A stretch of 64,000 bases of DNA. It comes from Vulcanimicrobiota bacterium. Lineage in GTDB: Bacteria; Vulcanimicrobiota; Vulcanimicrobiia; Vulcanimicrobiales; Vulcanimicrobiaceae. Positions 11,872 through 21,180 of the stretch are shown here, piece after piece. Position 1 is the first letter of the stretch. Every line of letters begins with the position of its first letter. The notes beneath the pieces are model-generated. The model saw nothing but the letters and a program-made list of their open reading frames with translations. It did no database searches and was not told where the DNA came from. The DNA lies in the NCBI GenBank assembly GCA_963820825.1, contig CAWGBN010000006.1, forward strand, positions 448,001-512,000. Reading direction: 5' to 3'. Both the position numbers and the translations under genes were made by a program.

Positions 11872-12792
11872 TTACCGTCGATCGAACCAGAGATACTGAA
11901 GGGCGACGGCGATCGTGGTGAAGTTCTGACCGTAGCGACCGCTCAGCCAATGCGACCACGAGGCCTTGGCCGAGAAGCCGGTTCCGACCGGCTGCGAAAA
12001 CGTCAGGCCGTAGCGCGAGTTCGAAAGTGTGTTGATCGGCGTGGCGCCGTTGACGTCGGTCGCGCCGCCCGTATAGTAGTTCGCGTCGAGCGCCAACCAC
12101 TGGTTTTGGCGAAAGATATAACCGGCGTGAACCTGAAAAATCGCCAGCGGCGCCTGCCGCAGCAGTTGACCGTTTAAGTAATCGGTGTTTGCGGCGAAGA
12201 TCCACATCCCGGCGGAAAAGTCGCTAAACCACTTCCCCATCGGCTGCTCGAAGCCGATCTCCGGCTTGAACGTCCAGCGATTCGAACCGATATTAATGAA
12301 CTGGGTCCGGTCGTAGGTGCCGGTCGGTGCGATGACGGTCAAGCTTACGCCGAGCGTCGTGGTCGGCTTGCGCCGCGCGAATTCGGCCGGCGTGAGCGCC
12401 CGGCCGAGCAGATTCACGCCGAAGCGCGCTCGGAAATCGGGAAATCCAAAGCGCGCGAGCGCTTCGGGATGGCCGAAGACGGTTGCGGTGACGTGCGCGC
12501 CGAGGTACGGAGCGGCGACCGCCCAGTTCGCGGTGCGGCTTCCTAAGCGAAACGTATGCGTAAAGCTCAGGCTGCCGACCGTGATAGCGGGACGCACGTC
12601 GCTGAGCGGTAGCGATGGATCGAGCGGCACCGTTCCGCGCGAGCTGGAGACGACGCCCACCGCGAAGTTCGCGTCGATCGGTGAGGCGGAGTAGGATCGG
12701 GGCTCGAGCTCCTGGCTCATCGCCGGCCTCGCGCTCGCGAGCGGCGCGAACGTTGCGAACGCGCAGAGCCACAGGGCAACGGCGAGTCTCAT
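11872..12792 (-). CDS. Outer-membrane beta-barrel transporter (MetA/phenol-degradation-like family)
   Basis: Signal peptide, QELEPRSYSASP, APTGTYD..INIGSNRWTFKPEIG, C-terminal QYLW. Confidence 0.75.
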   Translation of the reverse strand: MRLAVALWLCAFATFAPLASARPAMSQELEPRSYSASPIDANFAVGVVSSSRGTVPLDPSLPLSDVRPAITVGSLSFTHTFRLGSRTANWAVAAPYLGAHVTATVFGHPEALARFGFPDFRARFGVNLLGRALTPAEFARRKPTTTLGVSLTVIAPTGTYDRTQFINIGSNRWTFKPEIGFEQPMGKWFSDFSAGMWIFAANTDYLNGQLLRQAPLAIFQVHAGYIFRQNQWLALDANYYTGGATDVNGATPINTLSNSRYGLTFSQPVGTGFSAKASWSHWLSGRYGQNFTTIAVALQYLWFDRR

Positions 12793-12811
12793 TGCGCGTA
12801 TCTCCGATTCC

Positions 12812-14038
12812 TTACGGAGTTAGGGCAAAGACGGTTCCTGCGTCGTTCGTCCCGCCGATATCGGTCGTCCCGTAGAGCGTGCCGTGCAATACGGTCAAGC
12901 TGCCTAAGACGAGTTGACCGTCGTTTGGCGGACCTTGGAACGCGTGGAGCACGCGCTCCTTTCCGGCGGGCGTTATGCTGAAGACGGTGCCGTAGCCATA
13001 ACCGTAGCCGCCCCCGTTATCGGTCGTGCCGTAGAGCACGCCGTTCAAAACGACCATATCCGCGGTCGGGTACAGACCATCGTTGCGGCTTCTGAAGCTG
13101 TACAATACGTGCTCGCTGCCGGCGGTGGTCACGCTAAAGACCGTTCCGTGCCCGTGCGTGCCGCCAACGTAAGTCGTGCCGTAGAGCGTACCGTTGAGCA
13201 CGGTGAGGCCGGCCTGCGGATGGCTTCCATCGCTTCCGCCTTGAAAACTGTAGAGCACCCGCTCTCCTCCGGCCGGCGTAATGCTGAAGACCGTTCCGTC
13301 ACCGGTCGTACCCCCGTAATAGGTCGTTCCGTACATCTTACCGTTGAGCACCGTGAGGTCTCCTTCAGGATTGGTGCCGTCGCGGCCACCATATTTGAAG
13401 CTGTAGACGACGCGCTCTCTGCCGCCCGCGGTGATCCTGAAGATCGCGCCGACGTGGTCAGTGCCTCCGTAGAACGTGGTGCCGTAGAGTGCGCCGTTGA
13501 GAACGACCATGTTTACTTCGGGGCTTCCAGCATCGCTCGAACCTTCGAAGACGTGGAGCGTATGTTCCGTTCCCGACGGTGTGATGCTGAAGACCGTTCC
13601 GCTGCCGGAAACGTAAAAGCTATCCGCGGTTGTTCCGTATAGCAGGCCCCGCATGACGGTCAAGCCCGCCCACGGATTCGCGCCGTCGCCGCTTCCCCGG
13701 AAATTGTAGAGCGTGTGTTCCACACCGGCCGTCGTTAGGCTGAAGACGGTGCCGCATCCGCCGTAGCTGAGGCAATTGGAACCGCCCGCGTCGGCGGTGC
13801 CGTAGAGCAGCCCCTTCACGACCGTCAAGCCGCCGATCGGATTTGCGCCGGCACTCCCGTCGAAGTTGTAGACAACCCGATAGCTTGCGGTGGGGCGGTG
13901 CGCAGGGAGCGGGTTTCGGGCAGACCGCATCCCCAACGATGGGCTAAACGAGTGCTGGGAGGCAGCGCCGCAACCTGCGAGCGCCGCGAGAGCCGCGCAA
14001 ACGATCGATGCCCGTGCGGCTGGAGTTAAAGCGTTCAT
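12812..14038 (-). CDS. Secreted tandem-repeat (GloVer-type) beta-propeller lipoprotein
   Basis: LAGC lipobox; about 7 repeats of DGxxPxxxLTVLNGxLYGTTxxGG..GTVFSITPxGxERVLYSF. Confidence 0.85.
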   Translation of the reverse strand: MNALTPAARASIVCAALAALAGCGAASQHSFSPSLGMRSARNPLPAHRPTASYRVVYNFDGSAGANPIGGLTVVKGLLYGTADAGGSNCLSYGGCGTVFSLTTAGVEHTLYNFRGSGDGANPWAGLTVMRGLLYGTTADSFYVSGSGTVFSITPSGTEHTLHVFEGSSDAGSPEVNMVVLNGALYGTTFYGGTDHVGAIFRITAGGRERVVYSFKYGGRDGTNPEGDLTVLNGKMYGTTYYGGTTGDGTVFSITPAGGERVLYSFQGGSDGSHPQAGLTVLNGTLYGTTYVGGTHGHGTVFSVTTAGSEHVLYSFRSRNDGLYPTADMVVLNGVLYGTTDNGGGYGYGYGTVFSITPAGKERVLHAFQGPPNDGQLVLGSLTVLHGTLYGTTDIGGTNDAGTVFALTP

Positions 14039-14150
14039 CGGGCCCCTCCAAAGCCACGGTGCGCCTTTCTGCTCGCTTTGTCAATCGGCGCCTCGAACGT
14101 GTCGTTGGTCAGAGGCGCCGGACCGGCGTAACGAGAAAATCGGCGGCCTT

Positions 14151-14960
14151 ATGGCCACTCCCGTTGTTCAGGGTCTTACCCCCGCAAACGGCATTGCGGG
14201 AACGAGCGTAACGATCGGCGGCACCGGTTTTACCGGCGTCACCGCGGTGAACTTCGGTACGGTCGCCGCCGACGGATTCACCGTTAACAGCGACACGGAG
14301 ATCGTCGCACAAATCCCCGCACCGAATTCCAGCGGACCGGTAGACGTGACCGTTACGAATCCCGACGGCACCTCGGCAACGAGCGCAAACGATCAGTTCA
14401 ACTACAGCCACTGTTGCGTGTCGGCATTTAACGTCCCGACTGCGCGCTCGGGATGCACGACCGTTGCGTCCGGTAGTCAAAAGAAGATGGGCGAGACGTT
14501 CAAGATGGAGATCGACTTCGATTCGTCCGGAGCCGGTTGCGTCTGTTCGTGCGGTGAGTACCGCCAGTTTGTCCGCGGTACGTTCACGGCGAACGGCACG
14601 GCGATCGTTCTTCTGCTGCCAAACCCGGCGGGCGGCGCACCCTTGAAGTTACTTCCTCGGCCCGCGGCCGGCGCCGCGTCGGACAACTTCCTCGAGGACG
14701 GGCTCGCATCACCCTCCAGTGGGATGAACGTGCATTACGGACATCGCTCGGAAGGATCGACCGACACGACGGACACCTACCTGCCCGATCGCGGGACGGG
14801 CTGCCAGTACCGAGGGTACGACTTTCCGGGGCTCACTGCCGCGGTCGGTACGGCGATTACGGTCGATCTCGACTTCCGCGGACAGGCCGTCGATACGTGT
14901 AATGCGGCTGCCTGCGTGCAGCAGAATGAGTGGACCGTGACCTGCTCGGGGACACTGTAA
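14151..14960 (+). CDS. IPT/TIG domain protein with Cys-rich C-terminal domain of unknown function
   Basis: PVVQGLTPANG..GTSVTIGGTGFTG..VNFG..VDVTVTNPDGTSATS..DQFNY (IPT/TIG); C-terminal CVCSCGEYRQFVRG. Confidence 0.75.
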   Translation: MATPVVQGLTPANGIAGTSVTIGGTGFTGVTAVNFGTVAADGFTVNSDTEIVAQIPAPNSSGPVDVTVTNPDGTSATSANDQFNYSHCCVSAFNVPTARSGCTTVASGSQKKMGETFKMEIDFDSSGAGCVCSCGEYRQFVRGTFTANGTAIVLLLPNPAGGAPLKLLPRPAAGAASDNFLEDGLASPSSGMNVHYGHRSEGSTDTTDTYLPDRGTGCQYRGYDFPGLTAAVGTAITVDLDFRGQAVDTCNAAACVQQNEWTVTCSGTL

Positions 14961-15325
14961 TGGATACATCAACCGATCTGACGGCGCAGCAAATCGGCTC
15001 GTATTGGGCCGTTCCCACGATCGACAGCACCGATAATTCGCAGGTGGAAATTCAGGTGAGCGTAGCGGTCACGCCCGATGACGACGCGCTTCAAGGCTCC
15101 GACGTCACCGCGTCGGCGATGTCGAACGGAACGGCGCTCGCACAACTCTCGGGCCCCGATCAATCCTCGCCACTGCCCACCGTGCAAACGCGGGCGATGA
15201 CCGCCTTCGCAATATTCACGTTCGACAATCCGCAGAACTTAGAGATTACTTCGATCGTCGTCGGCGTTCGCGACCAGACCGCAACCTTCGGATCCTCGCC
15301 CGATTCCTCGTTGCCGGTCGCGTAA
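14960..15325 (+). CDS. Hypothetical acidic protein, translationally coupled to the IPT/TIG gene
   Basis: TAATG overlap at 14958-14962; beta-rich acidic sequence. Confidence 0.6.
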   Translation: MDTSTDLTAQQIGSYWAVPTIDSTDNSQVEIQVSVAVTPDDDALQGSDVTASAMSNGTALAQLSGPDQSSPLPTVQTRAMTAFAIFTFDNPQNLEITSIVVGVRDQTATFGSSPDSSLPVA

Positions 15326-15373
15326 GGCGCGCCCGGCGCTTCGGCACTTCAATCTCTAAGAGAAAGCAGAACG

Positions 15374-15793
15374 ATGCAGCTCGAACCGTATCTTCTTTTT
15401 AGCGGCAATTGCGAAGAGGCTCTCAACTTCTATAAGGCCGCTTTTGGCGGCGAGATTGAGGGGCTTTCACGCTGGAGCGAAATGCCGAAGGATTCCGGTG
15501 GCCCAGCGGTCACCCCGGAGACCGCGAACCGGGTCATGCACGCGAGCTTCAAGTCCCCCGGCGTCTCGTTCATGGCGTCGGACGCCACCCCGGGCAAGAA
15601 CTACGGCGAAGGGCCGATCTCGCTCTCCGTTGCCACGTCGGATCTCGCGGAGGCAGAGCGCGTCTTCAACCACCTCGCTGCCGGCGGAACGGTCGAGATG
15701 CCGATGACCGATATGTTCTGGGGCGCGAAGTTCGGAATGCTCACCGACAAATTTGGAATCGACTGGATGGTGAGCTGCCGCACCTCACAGTAA
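15374..15793 (+). CDS. VOC family protein (PhnB-like)
   Basis: LEPYLLFSGNCEEALNFY, VMHA, FMASD, FWGAKFGMLTDKFGIDWMV. Confidence 0.92.
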   Translation: MQLEPYLLFSGNCEEALNFYKAAFGGEIEGLSRWSEMPKDSGGPAVTPETANRVMHASFKSPGVSFMASDATPGKNYGEGPISLSVATSDLAEAERVFNHLAAGGTVEMPMTDMFWGAKFGMLTDKFGIDWMVSCRTSQ

Positions 15794-15800
15794 GGCTTTT

Positions 15801-17234
15801 ATGCTTTGGCGCCTCGTCTCGTTGGCGGTCGCGAGCGGCATCCTGGCTTCGATGTCCGTGGCGGCACGCGCCGCAGACTGGCCGGTCTTCGGGTTCGATC
15901 CGGCGCGCAGCAGCTTCAATTCCGCCGAACGGTCGCTCACGGTCCGAAACGTGCACAGACTGCGGGAGCGATGGCAGATCCCGCTCGGGGACAAAGCCGA
16001 TACCGAGCCGATTCTGCTGCAACGCGTTCGCGTCGGACGGCGCTATCGCTCGATGCTCTACGAGACGCTACGCAACGGAACGACGCTCGGCATCGAAGCG
16101 AGGAGCGGCCACATCGTCTGGCGGTTCGTAACGAAGGGGCCGCAGTACACGCACTCGGCGCCGGTGGCCGATCTTTCCGGAAAGGCTATCTACGTACCGG
16201 GCATCGATGGAAAGGTTCACAGACTCAACCCTTCCAACGGTCACGAGATTCACGGACTCGGTTTTCCGGCAGAGATTACGCTCATGCCCGATACCGAGGC
16301 GACCGAATCGCCGCTCAACCTCGCCAACGGTTACCTGTACGCGACGATCTCGGGCTACGACGGCGATCGCGCGCCGTATGACGGGCACATCGTTGCGATC
16401 GACTTGAGCACTGGAAAGACGTCTGTCTTCAACTCGCTCTGCAGCAACAAGCACGTCCTTCTCGGGGGAAGCGGCTGCGTCGAGCAACGCTCGGGAATTT
16501 GGGGGCGCGGCGGCGCCGTCGTCGATCCGTCTTCGTATTTGAACGGACGCGTCTACGCCGCGACCGGCAATGGCGATTTCGATGCCAACCAAGGCGGCAC
16601 CGATTACGGCGATTCCGTGGTCTCGGTGAGCGCCGATCTCTTGCAGTTCTACGGGAACTACACGCCGACGAATTACGGCCAGCTGGAGAGAGGCGACGTC
16701 GATCTCGGAAGCACCTCACCGGCGATGTTGCCCGACCAGACGTCGAGCCAGACGCCGTGGATGCTCGTGCAAGGCGGGAAAGATGCGGTTTTAAAGCTCG
16801 TGAATCGCGCCGCGCTGCCCGGCGTCGGTAACGAGCTGCAGCTCATCGACTTGCCGGGAGCGCTCTTCGCCAACCCCGCCGTTTGGACCGATCGCTCCGG
16901 CGCGGCGTGGGTCTTTCTCGTCTTCCCCAACGTGGTGCAAGCCTATCGCCTCGAAACGCAGTCCGGACAGAGCCGCCTCGTCGGCATCTGGAACGCCAGC
17001 CCCGGCGAGACCGGCAAGGAAGGCGCGACGGCGGCCGTTGCCAACGGCATCGTCTTCGTCGCCTACGACGGCGCGATCTTTGCGCTCAACGCCATGAACG
17101 GTAACGTGCTCTGGGATAGCGCGATGTACGGCAAGACGATCGGAAGCGTCCACTGGGCGAGCCCCATCGTCGTTAACGGCTCGGTCTACTGTTCCGATGC
17201 CGATGGGAATTTGACCGCGTTTTCGCTGCCCTGA
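15801..17234 (+). CDS. Secreted PQQ-binding-like beta-propeller protein
   Basis: Signal peptide, ADWPVFGFDPARS, GIWGRGG, YAATGNG, DLGSTSP, WASPIVVNGSVY. Confidence 0.85.
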   Translation: MLWRLVSLAVASGILASMSVAARAADWPVFGFDPARSSFNSAERSLTVRNVHRLRERWQIPLGDKADTEPILLQRVRVGRRYRSMLYETLRNGTTLGIEARSGHIVWRFVTKGPQYTHSAPVADLSGKAIYVPGIDGKVHRLNPSNGHEIHGLGFPAEITLMPDTEATESPLNLANGYLYATISGYDGDRAPYDGHIVAIDLSTGKTSVFNSLCSNKHVLLGGSGCVEQRSGIWGRGGAVVDPSSYLNGRVYAATGNGDFDANQGGTDYGDSVVSVSADLLQFYGNYTPTNYGQLERGDVDLGSTSPAMLPDQTSSQTPWMLVQGGKDAVLKLVNRAALPGVGNELQLIDLPGALFANPAVWTDRSGAAWVFLVFPNVVQAYRLETQSGQSRLVGIWNASPGETGKEGATAAVANGIVFVAYDGAIFALNAMNGNVLWDSAMYGKTIGSVHWASPIVVNGSVYCSDADGNLTAFSLP

Positions 17235-17372
17235 CTCCCGTCTACGTCAACGGCGTGCCCGCCGCGATCAAAGAGTATTCGTACCCGGATGGCAAAACGC
17301 GCCGCCGGCTTTGGCGCTTCCGATCTACTGCGCGCGCGTTCATCCAAAGGTCGTCGTGGGGCGGTTGCGCTC

Positions 17373-18470
17373 CTACTGCGCGATGAGCCGCACGCGTCCG
17401 ATTCGGTTGCCGGCCCCTTCGGTGAACCACAGCGTGCCGCGCGGACCAGCCGATATGCCGAGCGGACCGCCGTTCGCACTTAAACCCTTTGAGAACTCAG
17501 TGACACTGCCGTCGGTCGTGATTCGCGCGATCTTGTTGGTTGACGTTTCCGTGAACCACAAGTTTCCGTCCGGACCGGCCGAAATTCCATAGAGATTATA
17601 GTTGCAGCCGCAGTTGCTTATACCCGAGGAGAACTCGGTGATCGTGCCGGCCTTGGTGATCCTGCCGATCCGAGCGGTTTGACCGCTTTCGGTAAACCAT
17701 ACATTCCCATCCGGACCAGTCGCAATGCCTTGCGGATACGCGCCGTAGCTTAAGCCCGATTTGAATATGGTGAAGGCGCCGTCGTTGGCGGCCATCTTGC
17801 CGATCGAATTGCCGGCGTTGGCTTCAGCGAACCACAAGTTGTGCTCCCAACCAAACACGATGTTTTGCGGGTTGCTGTTGTAGGCGGTCGGGATCGAATA
17901 CTGCTTGATGATCTTACCGGCGGTGGTGATTTCGCCGATCTTGATGCCGTTGGGGGATTCGCCGACCTCCGTAAACCAGAGTCTATTCCTTCCCGCCGTG
18001 ATACCGTTTGGCGAACTGTTCGGACTCAGGCCGTTCGAGAATTCGGTGATCGTGCCGCCGGTCGTGATCCGGCCGATCCGATTGCCCGACCCTTCCGTGA
18101 ACCACAGATTGCCATCCGGACCAGCCGTGACGTTCACCGGGAAACTGTTGGCGTGAGGTAAGGCGAACTCGGTGATCTTACCGCTGTACGTAATCCGACC
18201 GATTCGATTGCCGTTACCTTCCGTGAACCACATGTTGCCGTCCGGGCCAGCGGTGATCCCGTACGACAGACTGTTTCCTTTCGGCAACGCGAACTCGCGG
18301 ATGAGCACGCGGTCGATGCTGGCAGGCCGCACCGCGAGTGGTCCCGTTTGTCGCACCGCGTCGGTCGAAGTCAAATTCGTCGGAGTCAGATTCGAGTGGA
18401 AGGTGCCGGAACAGCCGGCTAACGTGGCCACAGCAAAAGCGGCAGTTGCCGCACATATTGGTGAGTTCAT
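17373..18470 (-). CDS. Secreted virginiamycin B lyase (Vgb)-like beta-propeller lipoprotein
   Basis: LAGC lipobox; repeated ITAGPDGNxWFTE..GNRIGRIT..GxITEF. Confidence 0.88.
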   Translation of the reverse strand: MNSPICAATAAFAVATLAGCSGTFHSNLTPTNLTSTDAVRQTGPLAVRPASIDRVLIREFALPKGNSLSYGITAGPDGNMWFTEGNGNRIGRITYSGKITEFALPHANSFPVNVTAGPDGNLWFTEGSGNRIGRITTGGTITEFSNGLSPNSSPNGITAGRNRLWFTEVGESPNGIKIGEITTAGKIIKQYSIPTAYNSNPQNIVFGWEHNLWFAEANAGNSIGKMAANDGAFTIFKSGLSYGAYPQGIATGPDGNVWFTESGQTARIGRITKAGTITEFSSGISNCGCNYNLYGISAGPDGNLWFTETSTNKIARITTDGSVTEFSKGLSANGGPLGISAGPRGTLWFTEGAGNRIGRVRLIAQ

Positions 18471-18606
18471 GATACCTCAATCTAGCGGGATTGCTGGGAG
18501 TCGCTTCAGTCGCTCCCGGACAGATATGCGCCCGGGACGCATCGTCCGAAGTACCGGTCGCGCCCGAAGCCTAACACCACCCCAAGTGGAGCCATGTATC
18601 AATGAT

Positions 18607-18691
18607 GGCGCTGCGGCGCCATCGGCGGAACGGACACTTGGACAACCGACTTGGACAAGTAGAAGGCTTTTGGACGAGGAGAGTGCCGAGG
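18607..18691. repeat. ~85-bp element with tandem ACTTGGACAA direct repeat; inverted copy at 53479-53564
   Basis: GCGGAACGGACACTTGGACAACCGACTTGGACAA occurs here and as reverse complement at 53512-53545, with similar flanks. Confidence 0.8.
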
Positions 18692-18983
18692 CGTGGAGTC
18701 GAGGGCTAAGGCTCTAGAGCGCTCGGACTCGACCGGCCTCATTACGCCGGCACCCCCTCCGAAGAAGGCCGAGCCTCGCCCCATGGCTCCGCGGCCACTC
18801 CAGTTCGAGCGCCTGAATGACTCAACGCGCGACGTTGGCGCCGTGAAGGTCGCTCATTGCGTGGATTTTGCTCTACTTATCGAGATGACGCGGCCGTCGT
18901 TTCTAAGGACCAACGGGGTCGGCCCCACCGAGAGAAAGCCCCGTATTCGCACGTCTTAGAGGGGATGCACGAGGACGCCGCAA

Positions 18984-20438
18984 TCAACGTCGATGAGGCG
19001 ATCCAGGCTGCCCTGGCAAAGCTGACTTAAACCGAGAATCGGAAAAAATCGGCAATCCGTCCGCGGTGGACGCAGTCGAACGGTAGCACTTTAACAAAAA
19101 CCTATAATGTAAGCATCTTTGAAAACTATGGGAGTGTACGGGTCTGGTGGCTCGCACGGTCTTCAAAATCGCTGAGGTCGCCGCAAGGCGACTGGTAGGT
19201 TCGATTCCTACACGCTCCCGCCAAGAAGCCTTGATTTTCTTAGGGGTTTTCGCTCGTCGAGGATGCCTCGGTTGCAGAACGGTTGCAGAAGTATTTAAGG
19301 CGAGCTTCGAAGGGACGCTTTGGACGCGCTCGACCGCCTCCGCTTGCGCGCCTTCTAGTTCGTGGGTGTAGACCGCTAGCGTCGTGCTCGGCGTCGAGTG
19401 CCGCAGGATCGCGGCGACGGTCGTAACGTCGACGCCAGCGCGCACCAGCCAAGAACCGGTTGAATGGCGGATGCCGTGAAGATTGCGCAGGGAAAGGCCC
19501 GCGCGCCTTGCGATCTTATGTACCGCGTCGTAAACGGCACCGGGCGAATACATGCCGCCTCCCGCAGGAGCGAAAACAAAGCCCTCGTCGTCATAGAACG
19601 GCCCCGCAGCGCGCTTGTCGCTCGCCTGCAGCGCGTGTTGCGCTCGGAGAGCAGCGATCGCATTTTCGGAAAGCGCGATGCGTGCGACGAGATGTGTCTT
19701 CGTATCTTTGAGCCACTTACGGCCGGGGACATAGGCCACCGAGTTTTGAATGGTGGCGTAGCGTTCTTCGAAGGCTACGTCGTCCCAACGAAGCCCAGCG
19801 AGCTCTCCGCGACGCAGGCCCGTTTCGAAAGCGAATACGACCATCGGCCCGTAGCGCGTCTTCGACGCTTCGCTGATAAGCCGCCCTGCCTCGGCCCGCT
19901 CATAGTGGCGTGTGGGCTTCTTGCCGACTTGCGGCGCGGAGGCGCGTCGACGGCGAGAGCGTGCGACGGCAGCCACATTGCGCGCGATGAGTTCATGCTC
20001 GACGCCCCACGCTAAGAGCGCAGAAACGAGTGCAAGCGTGTTGCGAACGGATCGCGGCGACAATGGGCCGGCCCCGCCGCTCCAACCTTTGCTGACCAGG
20101 TCCGTGCGCAGTTGCGCTAGGTGAAGCGGCTTCAGCTTCGCGAGCTTGATTGTGGCGATTGTCTCGCAACGGCGAAACGTTTCGCGGTATCCGCGCAGAG
20201 TCGTCTCGGATAGTCCATCCGCTGTGGCCTCGGCCATGTACGCGGCAAAAACCTCGGCGAGCGTAAGCGTCTTAGCCACAAGGTCCGTTCCGCGATCGCG
20301 CGCCGTTAGTGCTTCACGTTCGGCCTTCTCGGCCTCTTTCCGCGTGGAGAAGGTGCCCAGGCTACGCCTCTCTACTGAGCCTTCGGCCCTGGCGAGGACG
20401 ACGGTATAGCGCCCACTCTTGCGCTTGTAGATGCTCAT
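18984..20438 (-). CDS. Tyrosine recombinase/phage integrase (ORF reads through attL, antisense over tRNA-Sec)
   Basis: N-terminal arm-binding-like region, ETGLRRGELAGLRW, K, LHGIRH, LRH..TTLAVYTH catalytic motifs; adjacent to tRNA. Confidence 0.93.
   Translation of the reverse strand: MSIYKRKSGRYTVVLARAEGSVERRSLGTFSTRKEAEKAEREALTARDRGTDLVAKTLTLAEVFAAYMAEATADGLSETTLRGYRETFRRCETIATIKLAKLKPLHLAQLRTDLVSKGWSGGAGPLSPRSVRNTLALVSALLAWGVEHELIARNVAAVARSRRRRASAPQVGKKPTRHYERAEAGRLISEASKTRYGPMVVFAFETGLRRGELAGLRWDDVAFEERYATIQNSVAYVPGRKWLKDTKTHLVARIALSENAIAALRAQHALQASDKRAAGPFYDDEGFVFAPAGGGMYSPGAVYDAVHKIARRAGLSLRNLHGIRHSTGSWLVRAGVDVTTVAAILRHSTPSTTLAVYTHELEGAQAEAVERVQSVPSKLALNTSATVLQPRHPRRAKTPKKIKASWRERVGIEPTSRLAATSAILKTVRATRPVHSHSFQRCLHYRFLLKCYRSTASTADGLPIFSDSRFKSALPGQPGSPHRR
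19130..19223 (+). tRNA. selC: tRNA-Sec (anticodon UCA)
   Basis: 8-bp acceptor GGGAGTGT/ACGCTCCC, 6-bp D-stem with TGGT loop, CTTCAAA anticodon loop, long variable arm GTCGCC-GCAA-GGCGAC, T-arm GTAGG-TTCGATT-CCTAC, G discriminator plus encoded CCA; TATAAT at 19103-19108. Confidence 0.93.
19269..19290 (+). promoter_or_regulatory. Putative integrase arm-type sites (CGGTTGCAGAA x2), element 1 left end
   Basis: Perfect 11-bp tandem repeat ~45 bp inside attL; related pair at 32353-32374. Confidence 0.65.
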
Positions 20439-20487
20439 TCAGGGGCCCCGCTGGACAGTAACTGAACAGAAAAAAGAACACCTGCGC

Positions 20488-21144
20488 TCATTCAGGGCCC
20501 TCCGCTTTGAGGATACGAGAAACGGTCATGCTGCTGGCACCGACCTCTGCGGCGATCGCACGAAGGGTTAGTCCACGCTCGCGCGCGTTGAGGATTGACT
20601 CTCGGATTGCATCGCGGTTCTCCTTGCCGCGTTCCCTCATCGTCGCGGCGCCGTTGCGTGATCCGCGCGCGCGGCCGTCGTCGGTCAGGTTCTGCGGGTT
20701 GCCGAGCTTCTTGCCGCGCGCCTTTGCCTGTGCCAGAGCGGCCTTCGTCCGCTCGCTGATCTTAAGCGCCTCGTTCTCCGCGAAGGTCGCCCGGACGTGT
20801 AACATCATCGCGTCATCGTCCGGCGCGTCGACGCAGGCGAACGCGACGCGCTGTTTGATTAGGCCCGAGACGAAGTGAACGTCGCGCGAGAGACGGTCTA
20901 GCTTGGCGATGACGACGACACCGCGGATGCGGCGAGCCTTGGCGAATGCTTTCGCAAGCTCGGTGCGATCGGTGCGCTTACCCGATTCGACCTCGGTAAA
21001 CGACGAGTCGAGCGTCAGACCGCGCATCGCACAGAACGCCTCGACGGCTGCCTGCTGCGCGTCGAGCCCGAGCCCGCTGTGCCCTTGCTTTTGGGTGCTA
21101 ACTCGGTAGTAGGCGACTGCGATCGGGCGGTCAAAGTTCATCAT
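20488..21144 (-). CDS. Serine recombinase (resolvase/invertase family)
   Basis: AYYRVSTQKQG.SGLGL, EVESGK, IAKLDRLSRD, E..KISERTKAAL..AK.RGKKLG, C-terminal HTH. Confidence 0.93.
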   Translation of the reverse strand: MMNFDRPIAVAYYRVSTQKQGHSGLGLDAQQAAVEAFCAMRGLTLDSSFTEVESGKRTDRTELAKAFAKARRIRGVVVIAKLDRLSRDVHFVSGLIKQRVAFACVDAPDDDAMMLHVRATFAENEALKISERTKAALAQAKARGKKLGNPQNLTDDGRARGSRNGAATMRERGKENRDAIRESILNARERGLTLRAIAAEVGASSMTVSRILKAEGPE

Positions 21145-21150
21145 GCACAT

Positions 21151-21180
21151 ATTGTACCATAACCTTAGACGTTCGTTCAA
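21151..21180 (-). promoter_or_regulatory. Sigma70-like promoter for the resolvase gene
   Basis: TTGAAC-N18-TACAAT with TGn extended -10 on minus strand, ending 7 nt before ATG 21144. Confidence 0.55.

Noticed and set aside
18984..20438. Integron integrase IntI
   Set aside because: Looks like a phage-type Int with an N-terminal arm-binding region and tRNA att sites; no recognisable IntI-specific insertion or canonical attC sites
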